Below, piece by piece: positions 1 to 20,260 of a stretch of 64,000 bases of DNA; within the stretch, counting starts at the first letter, position 1; each line of letters starts with the position of its first letter. Location of the stretch: contig MU058714.1 of assembly GCA_013265495.1 (NCBI GenBank), forward strand, positions 1,674,001 through 1,738,000. The letters run 5' to 3'. Made by a program: the position numbers and the translations under genes. Origin of the DNA: Vicugna vicugna. Its lineage: Eukaryota. Under the pieces are notes generated by a model that did no database searches, was not told the DNA's origin, and was given only the letters and a program-made list of their open reading frames with translations.

Positions 1-3000
1 CGGCCACTCTTTCAGGGCACCCACCTTCTCAGCCTTGCCCACGCTGGGGCCTCTCCTCCCAGGGCAGCCTCTGCTTCCGCCTGCTCTGGCCATAGCCTCC
101 AGGGGCTGCCTGCGTTCCCGGCTCAGCTTCAGGCCCAGGCCAAGCCCGGCGGTCGGCGCCCTGTCTGCACAGCGGCTCTGTGGCTCGCCGGTAGCCTCAC
201 TGGCCCCCCTCGGCCCGTGCAGCCCCAAGACCTGCGCCCTGGGCCCCTGGAGCACTTGGTCTCCACGCTGGGCACCTACCCCGCTGCCGCCGGCTGGGCT
301 TCCCAACCAGACCAGGAGCTAGCTGAGCTCACACCAGCTCCAGACCTAGGTGGACGCCAGGCTGGGGCTTGTTAACTGCCAGTAGAGTTGGGCCGTCCCC
401 AGAGGCGAGTGTGCCCCGCAGGCTGTAAGCTGTGGAGTGGGGCACTTGTCACCCAGCGCCCGCCCAGTGGATGTGCTACATCAGGTAAGGGGCTGCTGGT
501 ACCCCAGAGAGTGGGCCGGGAAGCATCTTGGCCAGGTGCCGGACACCCACAGGTTCTCATGTCCTCAGGACTTGAGAAACAAGTAAAATGACTTTTTAAA
601 AACCCACCGGCAACCTCGATGGGGGAGCTCACACTCAACCAGGCCCAACTTCACAGGCCCGTGTCCTACCAGCATGTCCTGGACACGAGGAACCTCCAAG
701 CCCTCTGTCTTCTGCCTCCACAGGCCATTCTCCCCAGGACCTCGTGCTGGCCCTGCCCTGACCCTTCCGAGACCTAGGGACACCGAGGCTTCTCCTGACC
801 GTACCAGCTTCCTGAGAAGCCGGGCCTGCTGCTCCCCTGGGACAGAGGTACAGCAGGCTGTGCTCGCTCACTCTCATCACCTCCTGGGGCTCCTTTAAGG
901 AGCCAGGCCCCTCATGCTGACCCCTAATAAATACACAGGCCTCAAGAGAGCCATTCCAGTCCTAGGCATGTGGCCGCCAAGAGGTGCACAGGAGCGCCAA
1001 GAGGAGTAGCACTCATCAGTGGCCAGAGGGAAGAGACCCGAAAGGGTTGTACACACTGGGCCCACTTCTGCCACGGAAGGTGACAGGGTGAGCACGAGCC
1101 TTGGCAACAGCGGGTGACCAGGCCACTAACACTGAGCAAAGGGAGCGGCCCAAAAGGACTGAAGACAGAAGCTCAGGGACTCGCGGCTGCGGGACGTGGT
1201 GGACGAGGGCCGAGCCACAGAGCGTACAGGGAGGGAGAACGAGGTGGGGAGAAGTCCACGGGGGCAGCTGGAGTCGAGGAAGACCTGGATGGCGAAGGGA
1301 CACTGGACCGGCATGACAAAACCCCCACTGACCTAGCATGAGCAGTCTCAGTGGAGCGAGGGGAGGAAGTGGGACCCTCAGCTAACGGCCTGTCTGCCAC
1401 GGTGGGCCGGGAGGGGAGGCCCGAGGCCTGGGCCGACCGGGTGCGTCTGGCCAAGCGCAGGGAAACCTGAGCATGTTTGCCACCAGGGGAACGCGCTGAG
1501 TGGCGCCAGGACAGAGTCAGGCACGGGGCGGGGGGGCAGGTGACCAGTGGGCTGGGGAGAACGGCACGCCTGGAAAAGTGCCAGGGACACCTAACAGGCC
1601 CAGTGGCCTCGAGGGCCCCGCTGGGAGCTCCGAGTCTGGAAGAATGGTGACTACTGCTCACGCCCGCGTTACAGCCCACCTGGCCGGCTTCCCAAACATC
1701 TCCCGCCCCGTTTTCCGTCCAGTTTTCGCTCACAATAATCACCAGACACATTTCCTCAAGACTGGACCAGCTCGAGCCTCAGCACTCACACTGCAGCCCG
1801 TCAGCTCTAAAAAATTTTCTCATACTTTAATGGCTTTGAGATTGGGTTGCGCCCGGCAATCACTAGCACAGAGGTTAATGGTGCTCTTCCATTCTTAGAG
1901 GACCACGGTGCGTCACTGCTGTATCAGATCTGAGAAGGCAACGGCCATCTCCCCTCGGCCCACAGAGCCCAAGCCGGAAGCCCAGAGACCTCCCTCCCAG
2001 AGCCTCTCCCGTTACTCCATCCCATTCCCAGCCACCCCCGCCCCTCCCCCCAAGCCGGGACAGCCTCCTGCACTATCCTCCTCCCTCCCTGAGACACGTG
2101 ATGCCAGCACCATCTTTCCCACACCTCCTCCCCACCCAGACACTATCCGGGCCTTCTGCTATCAAGCCCTCAGTCTGGCCACAACCTGTTTCATCCGGTG
2201 TCACCAGCTACTGGGTCCCCAGCCCACGCCAAATACAGCCTATGCCACAGAGCCATCTTGCCATCTCTGCTGCTGCCAGCACCATGGAAAACCGCACATC
2301 GCCCTACAGTGTTGTCCACGGCTGCCTAGCCCACAGCGCCAAGCGGGCTGCACGCTTGGCACACGGCAGGGTGAGAACCACTCTGTGGCTGGAGATCACC
2401 CAGCCCTGCTCTGTCTGTCGCCCCCAGGTGAGTCTCTTCCCTCCCTGGGCCTTGGAGTCTTCATCTGAGCCAAAGTAGCCCCCGAGAATGTCCACCAGGC
2501 CCTTCAGTTCAACAGGCATCCAAGCACAGCCACATGGGACCACCACCTCCAAGGCCTCTGTGGCTGCTTATCCAACAAGACAGCGGACAGGGCAGTTGCA
2601 GAAAGAACGTGTCATCTAACTGGGCACTTCTGGGAATGAAAGGGATGCTGCTGATTATGGAGCGTGAGCCAGGACAGCTCTGGGCAGGCCGAATGCAGAG
2701 ACAGCCCACTTGGGGCTGATGGAAACCCGCAAAACTACAGGGCACAGTGAAGGGGCAGCAGGGCCATCAGCCACAGCAAACACCTGCCAGGGGCTTACTG
2801 TGGAGCAGCCACTGTGCTGGGCCAGGGAGGACCCTGACAACCCCCATTCTGAACGCTCGGTGGGTGCAACCACCTGCCACCCAGCAGGGTGGGGTCTGGA
2901 CCCCAAGGGACCCTCAGCCTCTGGGCTTCCAGGGCCACTGCAGTTAGGGCCAGGCCAGGATGGCTCGGGTGGCATGACCACCCCAGAGCCTGCCTCTGTC

Positions 3001-4355
3001 CTTGCCTGCACCCCTGGCAGGCCCCTGGAGCCCTGGCATCCTTGTGGCTCTGCTCAGACACAGGGAGAGAGTCTTCCTGGGTGGATCTACATAGCACCTT
3101 GCTCTTCCATGGGAACAGAGGGCTTAGAGACCTCCTGGGAGGAGGCAGGGTGTGGGGGGACCTGAGGCCCAGTCTGCGGATCTCATCTCGAACTCTTTCC
3201 CCACACAGAGCCGTACACCTAAGGACAGGCGGTGAGGTGATACTCTGTTGTCTGGAGAAGTAACAAAGGATATTCCAGAGTTAGAATCAATGATGCAACA
3301 GAGACCATTCTGTGTTTCTTTAGAACTTTTGATCCACACTCAGATTTTCTCTGACCCCACTTCTCCTCCATACTCAGTGTCTCTGGGGCTCTCCACAGCC
3401 CAGTTTCTGCCCGTGAGACTTCTAGAAAATAATCTACCACCCCAGCAGGCGCCAGGAGGATAAGCACTGGACTAGATGCCACATGGGCCTGGTGGTCCCC
3501 TGAAGACCCCAAGGCAACGCCTCTAAGCACTGCGCCACCCCCTCGCCCTCCTTCCTGGGAGAAGTCGCAGCTCCCCTGTTGCTACAGACCCAAGTGCCTC
3601 ACCCCCTCCCACGGCCAGCCCTTCCACTCACCCCAAATCAAGCCTGTCTTCAGGACTCAACTCCGGCACCCTTCCCTCCCCACCTCTACCGCTCTCTAAA
3701 AGCTCTGGACACTCCTGGCGGACACCTCCGGCCCTTTGCTCAAGAAGTCCTGTCTGCCCAAAACGACCCCCGGGGGTCCCGCTAACCACCACCTTCTCTG
3801 GGAAGTCTCCCTGGGGAGACGGAGAGCACGACTTCTGCACCACCGCGGTACCTGAAGCTTCTGAACCGGAGGTCTGCGGCCGCGCACCTCGGCAGCCCCC
3901 GGGACCCGCGAGCTCCCCGAGGGCGGGCAGCCTCCCACCCCCTTTCCGCCCGGCACCGGGCACCGCCCCGCCTGGTGGGAGGCCGGGAGCGCGGGACGGG
4001 CGGGACGGCGGCGGAGGGCGCGCTGCGGGGGCCCGGCCGGCTGCGCCCCGGGGTCGGAAAGCACCGTCTGGGATGCTCCCCGGAAGGCGGGGCGGCGGCA
4101 GCCTCAGGGGCTGAGAAGGACAGGCCCGCGGCCTCTCCAGGCCCGCGCCCAGCGGCCCGGCCCGGCCCCTCCGCCGCGGCGGGCCGGGCGCCCCGGGACC
4201 CCGCCCGGGGCCCTCCCCTCNNNNNNNNNNNNNNNNNNNNNNNNNNNNNNNNNNNNNNNNNNNNNNNNNNNNNNNNNNNNNNNNNNNNNNNNNNNNNNGC
4301 CGCCGCCGCCTCACCTCGCCCTCTCGGCCGCCGCCGCTGCCAGGGGCCGGGCCGG
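1..4355 (-). other. MCRIP1: MCRIP1 (FAM195B) non-coding exon 1 (~4315-4355) and the first part of intron 1; coding exons lie left of the window
   Basis: CpG island with a minus-strand donor GAG|GTGAGG (exon ends at 4315). It lies directly downstream of PPP1R27, where MCRIP1 sits in the conserved gene order. No MCRIP1 peptide was found in 1-4300, so the identity rests on synteny. Confidence 0.6.
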
Positions 4356-4720
4356 AAGTGACGCGCGCCGCCGCGCTCGCGCACGCGCACGGCCACGTGA
4401 CCGCCGCCGCGCGGGGGCTGCGCGAGGGCTGCGCGAGGGCGGGGACTGAGCGCCGGGGACTGAGCGCCGGGGCCTGGGTCCGCGAGGTCTGCGGCCTCCG
4501 GAAGCCGGGGATGGCGGAGACCGGCTCCTGGGGCAGCGGGGATCTAAGGGGTCGGGGCCGGCGTGGTCGGGGTCTCGGGGCGGACAAGGCGGGGAGGCAG
4601 CGGGGTCGACGGACGGCGAGGACCGGGGGTCGGGAGCCGCGGGACCCCGAGACCAGAGTGGACGACCAAGTCCACTGACCACCGGAAGCAGCGGGAGCCG
4701 GAGGACTGGGGCGGGCCGGT
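3830..4720. promoter_or_regulatory. CpG-island promoter (MCRIP1)
   Basis: Very high GC/CpG. ETS-CRE half-site composite CCGGAAGTGACG 4352-4363, NRF1 site CGCGCACGCGCA 4378-4389, E-box CACGTG 4394-4399. Confidence 0.75.
4221..4298. other. Assembly gap (78 N)
   Basis: Run of N inside the CpG island. Confidence 1.
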
Positions 4721-4760
4721 CCCCAGTAATCAGGCCATCACCACGGGCTTGGGGATCACG

Positions 4761-4766
4761 TTTATT
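4761..4766 (-). terminator. PPP1R27 polyadenylation signal AATAAA
   Basis: TTTATT on the + strand, about 220 nt past the PPP1R27 stop. Confidence 0.8.
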
Positions 4767-4984
4767 GAAAAAGTAAAAAGTATCACAATAAAAAATCCAC
4801 CTGGAGAAAAAGCCAGGCCAGAGGTGTGGGAGGAGCAGGGGTTGTGCCCAGGTTTGGGGTCGCGCGGCCAGCCTGGTCGGCTCCCAGCCGGGCTGGCCCG
4901 GCACTCCTGGCACGTCGGGGAGGTGGGCACCTGACTTGTGTGTGTGAGGAGGAGGGGCTGGGCCCTGGAAGGGCGGGGCTGGGC

Positions 4985-5811
4985 TCAGTCCATCTTAGTC
5001 CCTTTGAAGAGCTCCACCAAGTCCTTGAAGTCAGGGTCAATGAGGTCCGAGGGCAGGTCACCATCATCGTTGGCAGCTTCTCTGTCTGCCCCCAGGGAAA
5101 TGAGGTACCTGGGGTGCAAAGGGTGGCCCTGGTTGCAGAGCGGGTGACCTGGAGGATGTTCACTCCTACCCCAGGGTAGCAGGCTGGGGTCCTGAGGTCC
5201 ACCTGTTTTTTATTTTTCCAGGTGGGGTGAAGAGGAAAAAACCGGACCCTTTGGAAACTACGGCTGACTTTTGCAGTCTGCTCTGGGGAGGGCAACAGGG
5301 CAGAAAGGAGATTCTAGAAACCCTTAGGATTCTAAGCTCCACTACCAGGGCCACCTTTTGGGAGACTACATCCTGGAGGCCACCCTCTCACCTGGCTATA
5401 TCAGGGTACCCGTCGCTGCAGGCGATGTGCAGGGCCGTCCAGCCCGTCTCGTCACGCTGGTGAATGTCAGCCCCGTATTTGACCAGCAACTTGACACACT
5501 CCAGGTTTCCAGAGAGCACCGCTTCATGAAGGGCAGCCAGGCCTGGGCAGGGTAGGAGGGGTCAAGGCTGAGGCCTTCCTCTGCTGCCCCAAAGACCCTC
5601 ACTGGCCTCGTAGGCACTCACCTGAGGGGTAGATGGTGTCCAGGGAGACTTTCCGAGTCCTGATGAAGCGCCCCACCTGCTCCAGGTCACCCTGGCGGAT
5701 GTGGTCCAAGAACAGGACATCATTAGGGAAGTGCACACTTCTATTGGCCAAGAGCCTCCGGCGCCGCTGCCGTGGGCTGTAGCGGGCATAGCGGGCTGTT
5801 CTGCTGGGCAT
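4985..5811 (-). CDS. PPP1R27: Protein phosphatase 1 regulatory subunit 27 (DYSFIP1), ankyrin-repeat protein, 154 aa, 3 exons
   Basis: Exons 5811-5622, 5542-5392, 5108-4985 (190+151+124=465 nt), all GT-AG. Protein runs MPSRTARYARYSPRQRRRRLLANRSVHFPND...GLAALHEAVLSGNLECVKLL...KGTKMD*, with RVxF motif RSVHF and ankyrin repeats. Confidence 0.96.
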
Positions 5812-5977
5812 CCTGGTGGCTATGGCGTGGGCTGCCCCTTCGGGGACCCTACTGCTGGGGGGAGGCAGGTCCCCAGTCCGGATCAGACCTGCCAAGGGCA
5901 GGCTCTTCTGGCTGACGATGACCTGCAGTGCAGCCACCGCAGGGCTCCTGTGCTCCCTCTGGCCCGGGGGCTTCCCA

Positions 5978-6007
5978 CTTATATAGGGCCCTCAGAGCTA
6001 TATAAAG
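5978..6007 (-). promoter_or_regulatory. PPP1R27 core promoter: TATA/CArG-like CCTATATAAG and MEF2-like A/T box
   Basis: Minus-strand CCTATATAAG 5987-5978 (one mismatch to CArG, contains TATATAA) and CTTTATATAG 6007-5998 (one mismatch to MEF2), about 170 nt upstream of the ATG. Non-CpG promoter, fitting a muscle-restricted gene. Confidence 0.55.
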
Positions 6008-6829
6008 CTGCGCAGTCATGCTCGCACCCGAAGGGCTGAAACTGAGCCGCCCCAGCCCTGCCCTCAGGATCATGTTAAGTGGTTCATCTTTCAGCCCACC
6101 TGTCGCTGTGCCCGGCCAAAGGGGTCAGATCCTTCCTGGCCACCGCTCCCTGCCCCACAGCTGGACCTAGAAGGTGCCTGACAGAGGGCAGGAGAGGTGC
6201 TGGAAGGGCAGGGCCATTAGGAAGGCACACAGGTACCAAGGTCATCAGGGGCCGGGGTCTCCCATGGTCCCAGGGACTTGCAGGCGGTGCGTGATGCATG
6301 GTGAGCACAGCTGCCTCTCCCTCCTGCAGGGCGATGGGGCCGCCCACACCTAGGAAGCCCAGGGTCCTGGCCGTGCCACCCATCCCCTTGCCACTTGTCA
6401 CCTTCCATCTGGCTTGCATCACTCATGGGGCAGTTTTCCCAAATGCCCATTAGGGACCCTCTGCAGCCCCCTCCCCGCCCAATGCCCTGTCCCCCATGCT
6501 CCCCACCCCCTCCATTTCTTCTGTTTCCAGTCTGGCTGCTTCCTGGCAAGAATACACTTGCTCACCCTTAAGGTGGCATCTAGTTGGCTCCGCAAGGACT
6601 CAGTGCTGTGTGCCCTCTGCCCCTGGCCCAGTGCAGACTTCCCTGCAGGAGTGTGACCAGTGGAATTTTAAGACATCCCAGCAGGCTGGGCCAGCGCTGG
6701 CTGTCTTCACCACAGCAGCCAAGGTCAGAGGTGGGGCTTCAGCTTCAGTGAGAAAGCAGAGCCGGTGGGGGGACACACACCCGGGCGCAAAGCTGGGCCT
6801 GCGGGGTCAGCACAGCCCTGCAGAATCCG

Positions 6830-7199
6830 AAGCTTGCTGTCTGTCAAGATCGAGGTGTTGGCGGGTAGCCCTTCCCAGGGACCACTGGCTTCAGGTCCAC
6901 CTCGGGCTCCTGGGGCAGGTCCTTGACGTTCTCCAGTTTGTTGGCCCATCCCTGTCCTGCCTTCGAGCTCATGTGGTGTTTTCCTTGAGTGGCCGTCTAT
7001 GTCCAGGTTTCCCTGTGTAATAAGGACACCAGCCATTAGATTAGGACCCATCCTACTCCAGCATGGCCTCATCTTAGCTTATTACACCTGCAGCGGCTCC
7101 ACTTCCAAATAAGGTCACACGCTGATGTGCGGGGGTGGGGGTGGGGGTGGTTTAAGGCTTCAACATATGAACACGGGGGACGCAGTTCAACCCCTAACA
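6830..7199 (+). mobile_element. MaLR LTR (MLT1-type) fragment
   Basis: Resembles the MLT1 3' end as recalled: TAAGGACACCAG..ATTAGG..CCAAATAAGGTCACA..TTCAACATATGAA..GGGGGACGCAGTTCAACCCCTAACA. Confidence 0.75.
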
Positions 7200-7293
7200 C
7201 TGCAAGATCCTCTGGGTTGTCTCTGAAGGCCTGGATGTCCGTGACTGACAGAACCCAGCTCAGCCAGTGCTCTACAGGGCGGGGCAGGGGCTT

Positions 7294-7340
7294 GGTCACC
7301 AGGAGCCCTTGGGTCACCAGGAGCCCTTGGGTCACCAGGA
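7294..7340. repeat. 18-bp tandem repeat, 2.6 copies (GGTCACCAGGAGCCCTTG)
   Basis: Exact head-to-tail copies at 7294, 7312 and 7330 (partial). Confidence 0.9.
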
Positions 7341-10303
7341 TGGTCTGGATCCGACAAAATCAAGTCAACAAATACATCCACACCCCAGGTGCAAAGCCTT
7401 GGGACCAAATGCTACAGAGGACAGGGCACTGCCCACAGCAGGCTCCCTGCCCCAATGCCCTGATGGGGTTTCTCCGCCTGCCTCGGTGCCACTGAGGTTC
7501 CATGGGAACCTCCATCCAGGCCAGGCCCCGGCTTGGCCCCAAGGGAGGGTGTTCCCAGTGGTCCTGCATGTCAGGCTCAGAGCATGGTGCTGGGCGGTGC
7601 TACTCCTGGTTACTTGGGTCACTTGGGAGGAGCCGGGTACAGTTTCTTGGGGCTTGTCTGCACGAAGCCCAGAGACACAGTCCACACTGTACACGGAGAC
7701 AGAACTTTCCTTTGATATGAAGATTGCTTTTTCTGATGGAAACTTGTCTGCCTGCCCAGCTCAGAGGATCAAGTGGAAGAGCCCTGGGTGAAGCTGCCAC
7801 CAAGGCCTGGCTCTTCCTGCAAATGACAGGCCTCAGGGCAGGGCACGCCGTCAGGGTGGGCCTTCCAGAGACCCCAAGAGACACACTCCGGTCCATCCTG
7901 CCACAGGCGAGCTGAGACAGCTCGGGATTTGGGCTATGGGGTTTCTGTTCAGATATTTGGATCAGAGGATGGCACCTGGTGAGGACACGGGGAGCCGGTC
8001 CTCAAGCCACAGCCGTGGCCTGCGGGAACTCACTTGGAAACCTCGTGGCCCAAGCCGGCTGCGAACAGTCTAACCTCCCACGGCTGGCGAGGCCTGCTAT
8101 TCACGGAACCACACCTGTATTCACACAGCCTCGTCCCTGTCCTTCTGCCTGCGGGAACTTGTCAAGTGACCTGGTTTGCATGACGTTAAGGTTTTGCCTT
8201 TTGGACAACAGAAGCCACATGGAACATTTAACTCAAAAAGCTTACTTTGAGGAGTGCAAGGGACGCAACTAGCAAAACTCCTCATCCAGCGGAAAGCAAG
8301 CCGCGCCGGCTGGAGGGGCGTCGGGTGGGCCCAGCCGCCCTTGGAGGGTCTGATGCACCGGGCCAGCAGCTGCTTTTGAGGCTCCAGGGCAACAGCTTCC
8401 TACCACCTGGAGAGAGGAAGTGAAGGTGGGGCCAGCCGGCCGCTAAGCCTTCCATGCCTGCCCAGAGCCTGCAAAGTTACTTTGCTAATCCGCCGGGTTT
8501 GGGACTCTTAACCGCCACCGCCCAGCAAACCAGGCTCAGGAATGTGCTAATCAGCTGCCCGGGCAGAAGGGGAAGGTATCGGTGACTCAGCCCCCCTCCC
8601 CGGAGCACATGACGGCGCTGCTGCGCGTGGCTGCCAGGTCCCAAGGTTTCTACGCAGAGGGCCAGGCCCCGCACAGCTGGCCTGCCGCGTCTCTGCCCCC
8701 GCCGCTGGGCGTAGCCCACCCCCAGCAGCTGCAGCTCCTGACAGCCCAGCTCTCAGTCCACCCTGGGTGCCCTCGTCCAGAGGCCACGTGTGTCTGCCTG
8801 GGGAATCCACGCACGTTCTGGAGGGCAGAGCTAACGTCTCCCCAGTGACCGCCTCCCACAGAAACTCCGAGTGCCCAAGCTCACTTTTTCTCCGATACAC
8901 GCCTTGTGTCAGCAGGACCAAAGCACAGGACACACGGACCCTGGAGCAGACGAGACAGAAACCAGCCCCGGCGCCGGCCACCTGAGAACCAGGGAAGGGA
9001 GCCCGGCCACTGCAGGCCGAGCTGGGGCGCAGTGTCCAGACGCTGAGGCGCGGACAAGCCAAGGCTTGGTTGGTGCTGCCCAGGGTGCCAATACCAGGTT
9101 CTCGCTGGACACCAGCTGGACACCGCAGGCCCAGGTGAGAGGCAGGAGCAGCCCTGGGGTCTGAGGGTCCGGATGGCCCTGGGGTGGTCAAGGGAGGACA
9201 CACGGCCCTCTTGCTGAAGACATGGCTGTGCACGGGGGAAATGACACACACACCTACCCATGGGCTGAGACCACGTTCACTTAAGTGCCACAGTCAAGTC
9301 TGCTGGATGTGGCCCTGCCACCTCCAAGCTCCCAGCAGCATCAGAGCTGGAGGGCCCAGGGATGGGGTAACGTGTACGCTTTCTGCCGCAGGTGACATAT
9401 CACAGGGATCGATGAAACACGTTGAGGGACAGGCCAGGATCCTTGGATACTCGGCCGTGTTTGCTCTGTCCTCGACCTCCTGGTGGACTGTGTCTCCACC
9501 TCTCTCCCCTCCTTTGAGGATGCCATCAACACCCCTTCCAGCCCACCGGCCGGCCGCTGCAGACGTGTGTAGACGGAGGGGAAGCCCTGGGCGCTGCTGT
9601 CATGACTAGAGGTGGATGCCCCCCTGAGCCCGGCCAGCCCCCCGTGGGCCCCTCATGCTCAGCTCCCTGGGGGCCAAAAGGTGTCACCAATCCCAGCTCA
9701 GGTGCCATCAGCCCAACGCTGCAGCCAGACTGACAGCTGAGTCTAACTGTGCTCTTCCCCATGCAGACTGTGTGAGTGAGCGCAGGTCCTAGAAGTCAAG
9801 TCATGTTTAAACAACCAGAGCTGCTACTTTAACATGACTGTTTTCAACACGGTGTTCTAGCAATGAGCACAGCGTTCCCGAAGCCCAAGCACCCCTGGTC
9901 TCTCCTGAGACTCTGCGGTGGTTCCAGGCAGCAGTGGGAAGGGACCACTCTTGCACGACAGAGCTGCCCACCCTGGCCATCCCGTGTCCTGATGTGGCAC
10001 GAGGCAGATCGAAGCCATGACCGCTGGACACCCGAGGCGGGCAGTGCTGGTGGTACCCATCACAGGTAAGCTGGCCCAAAGGCACCTGGCCAGGGGCAGC
10101 CCTGAGCTCCTCTGCTTGGGGACATGCAGGTGCACTTCACCCCAGGCGGTGACTCACGCACCCTTCCATGTTCTAGGAAAGAGGTCTCAACAAAAGCGGC
10201 CCCCACCAAGCCTACCCTCCTCTCTAGAAAGTCGGAACTCCGGCCCAACTCCCCACACTGGGAGATCGTAAGGCAGAGGCAATGACAGGCAGAAAATTTC
10301 AAC

Positions 10304-10309
10304 TTTATT
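10304..10309 (-). terminator. P4HB polyadenylation signal AATAAA
   Basis: TTTATT on the + strand, about 810 nt past the P4HB stop. Confidence 0.8.
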
Positions 10310-11116
10310 TGGCCAATGTGTCCAATTCCAACATCGTGGCAGAAGTGCCCGAGGAATGGTCAACGTGTGACTCTGCTCAAGCATCCTCGCCATCTCCCAG
10401 CCTGGAGACGGAGGGCCCTGTCCTGCCTGGGCAGCCCTCGGGCCACCCCAGGCGTCACAGAGCGGTGCGAACTTGGGCTCGGGGAAGGAGGGGGCCGCCG
10501 GGCCTGTCCTAGGGGGGCCCCCGTGACAGACCTGAAGTCTCTGCTTAACCACACGAAGCAGGAGCCTCACTCTGCCCAGGCAACACTGCAGGATGTGAGG
10601 GGCCCGCCCAGCCCAGTCCCCACAGGGGACCCCCACACAGGGGACAGGAGTCTCCAGGGAGGCCCGGCCAAGGTGGAACAGACAGCCTGATGTCCAAAAA
10701 TGTCTAAAAATCCCACAGGTGGAATATTTTTTAAGTGACAGTATAACCCTAACAGCAATAAGACATTGCCAGCGTGAGATTTCAAAACATTTCAGTGAAC
10801 ACTCAGGACAAAACTGTGTACAAAAAAGTACATCACAGTTAAAATAAAAAAGAAAATAAAAAATAAAAAAAAAAACGGCCCACCAAGACGGGCCGGGCTG
10901 GCCTGGAGATAAATCCCTTTCCAAAAATTGAAAAGCGAAGGAAGACGGGTTTAGAGTTACACATGTGTTGGGGTGAAGTGTGGCTTCAGAAAAGTTCCCT
11001 GCATTTCCGACCGATGCGCCCTCTCCCGGGTGGGTCTGCGGCGCCTGGAGGCCGTGCTACTGGGCGCGCAGCCCCGGGAGGTGACCTGTTCGGGTGCCCA
11101 GCTCTGCCTCTCCGCC

Positions 11117-19363
<8,247 letters not shown>

Positions 19364-19429
19364 GTCGGAACGGGCACGGCGCTTCGGTTGGCGCCGCTGG
19401 GACAGCAGGCTTCGAGAGCGCGCGCCGCC

Positions 19430-20260
19430 AGCCCCACCCTTATAAACCCGGCCACCGCGCGCGTGCCCGCCCTCGCCCGTCCCTGATTGGCCAGCGGGCT
19501 CTGGGACCCGCCTCCGCCTTGCCCGCATTGGGCGCCCACACTGAGCCTGGCCCTGGATTCGGAATCGCAATGGGCACCTCCCTCACTCTTGCCCGGGATT
19601 GGCCGAGGAGCTCGCGCTCGCACTCTTCCCCGGTCTCTCATTGGCTCCTGGCGGAGAACTTTCTCTCCCTAGACTTGTGACTGGTGACTTTCTCCTACAT
19701 CTTCCGCAGGTCTGGAATGGCTACTACCTTCGGGGGCCCTGACTCTGCGGCTCCTGATTGGCCGCGACATGCGCGCACCCCGCGCGATCCTTCGTCGAAC
19801 GTGGCAGTGGGGCGGAGCGCTCACCCTCGGGGGCGGAGCTGCGCCTGCGCCTCGGAAACCCCTCGTGTTGCATTCTGACTGGACCGCGTATCCCCTACTG
19901 GCACCGCCCCCCGGCTCGGCGGGCCGGAAGTGGGACTGACGGGTTTCCGGTGCGCGTGAGGCCCGTGCGGCGCCTGCTGGGGCGGCTGAGCTCCCGCGAG
20001 GGCGTTGGCCGGTGTTCTCGGCCGACGACTTGGGCATTCCCGGGGGCGGCGGGGAGGGCCGAGGCGGGACGCGACAGGGCCGAGAAAGCTCGGAAAGAGG
20101 GCCGCCGGGGCTGGGCTTCCCGCCCGGGGACAGGCCCCAGGGCCGGCACCGTGCCCGCGGGCGCCTTCCCTCCTTCCGGCCTCGGGGACGCGCCCAGGCG
20201 CCCGAGTACACGGGCAGTGAGTTTACACACGCCGGGCGTCGGGACAGCACGGGAGAGGGG
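19430..20260 (-). promoter_or_regulatory. P4HB CpG-island promoter with TATA-like box and five CCAAT boxes
   Basis: TTTATAAG on the minus strand at ~19439-19446. ATTGG on + at 19486, 19527, 19598, 19640 and 19757. GC boxes and ETS site CCGGAAGT at ~19924. Confidence 0.75.

Noticed and set aside
3290-3299. C/EBP-ATF element ATGATGCAAC in MCRIP1 intron 1
   Set aside because: A single motif with no supporting cluster; expected by chance at this window size.
1-4220. MCRIP1 coding exons or a novel gene in 1-4.2 kb
   Set aside because: No MCRIP1 peptide was found and the ORFs look random. This is best explained as intron 1.
3628-4913. 200-319 aa ORFs over the MCRIP1 CpG island
   Set aside because: Same GC artefact; several span the N gap.
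7294-7340. CRISPR-like or nuclear-receptor array
   Set aside because: The repeats are contiguous with no spacers, in mammalian DNA. The GGGTCA half-sites are 12 nt apart, not a common receptor spacing.
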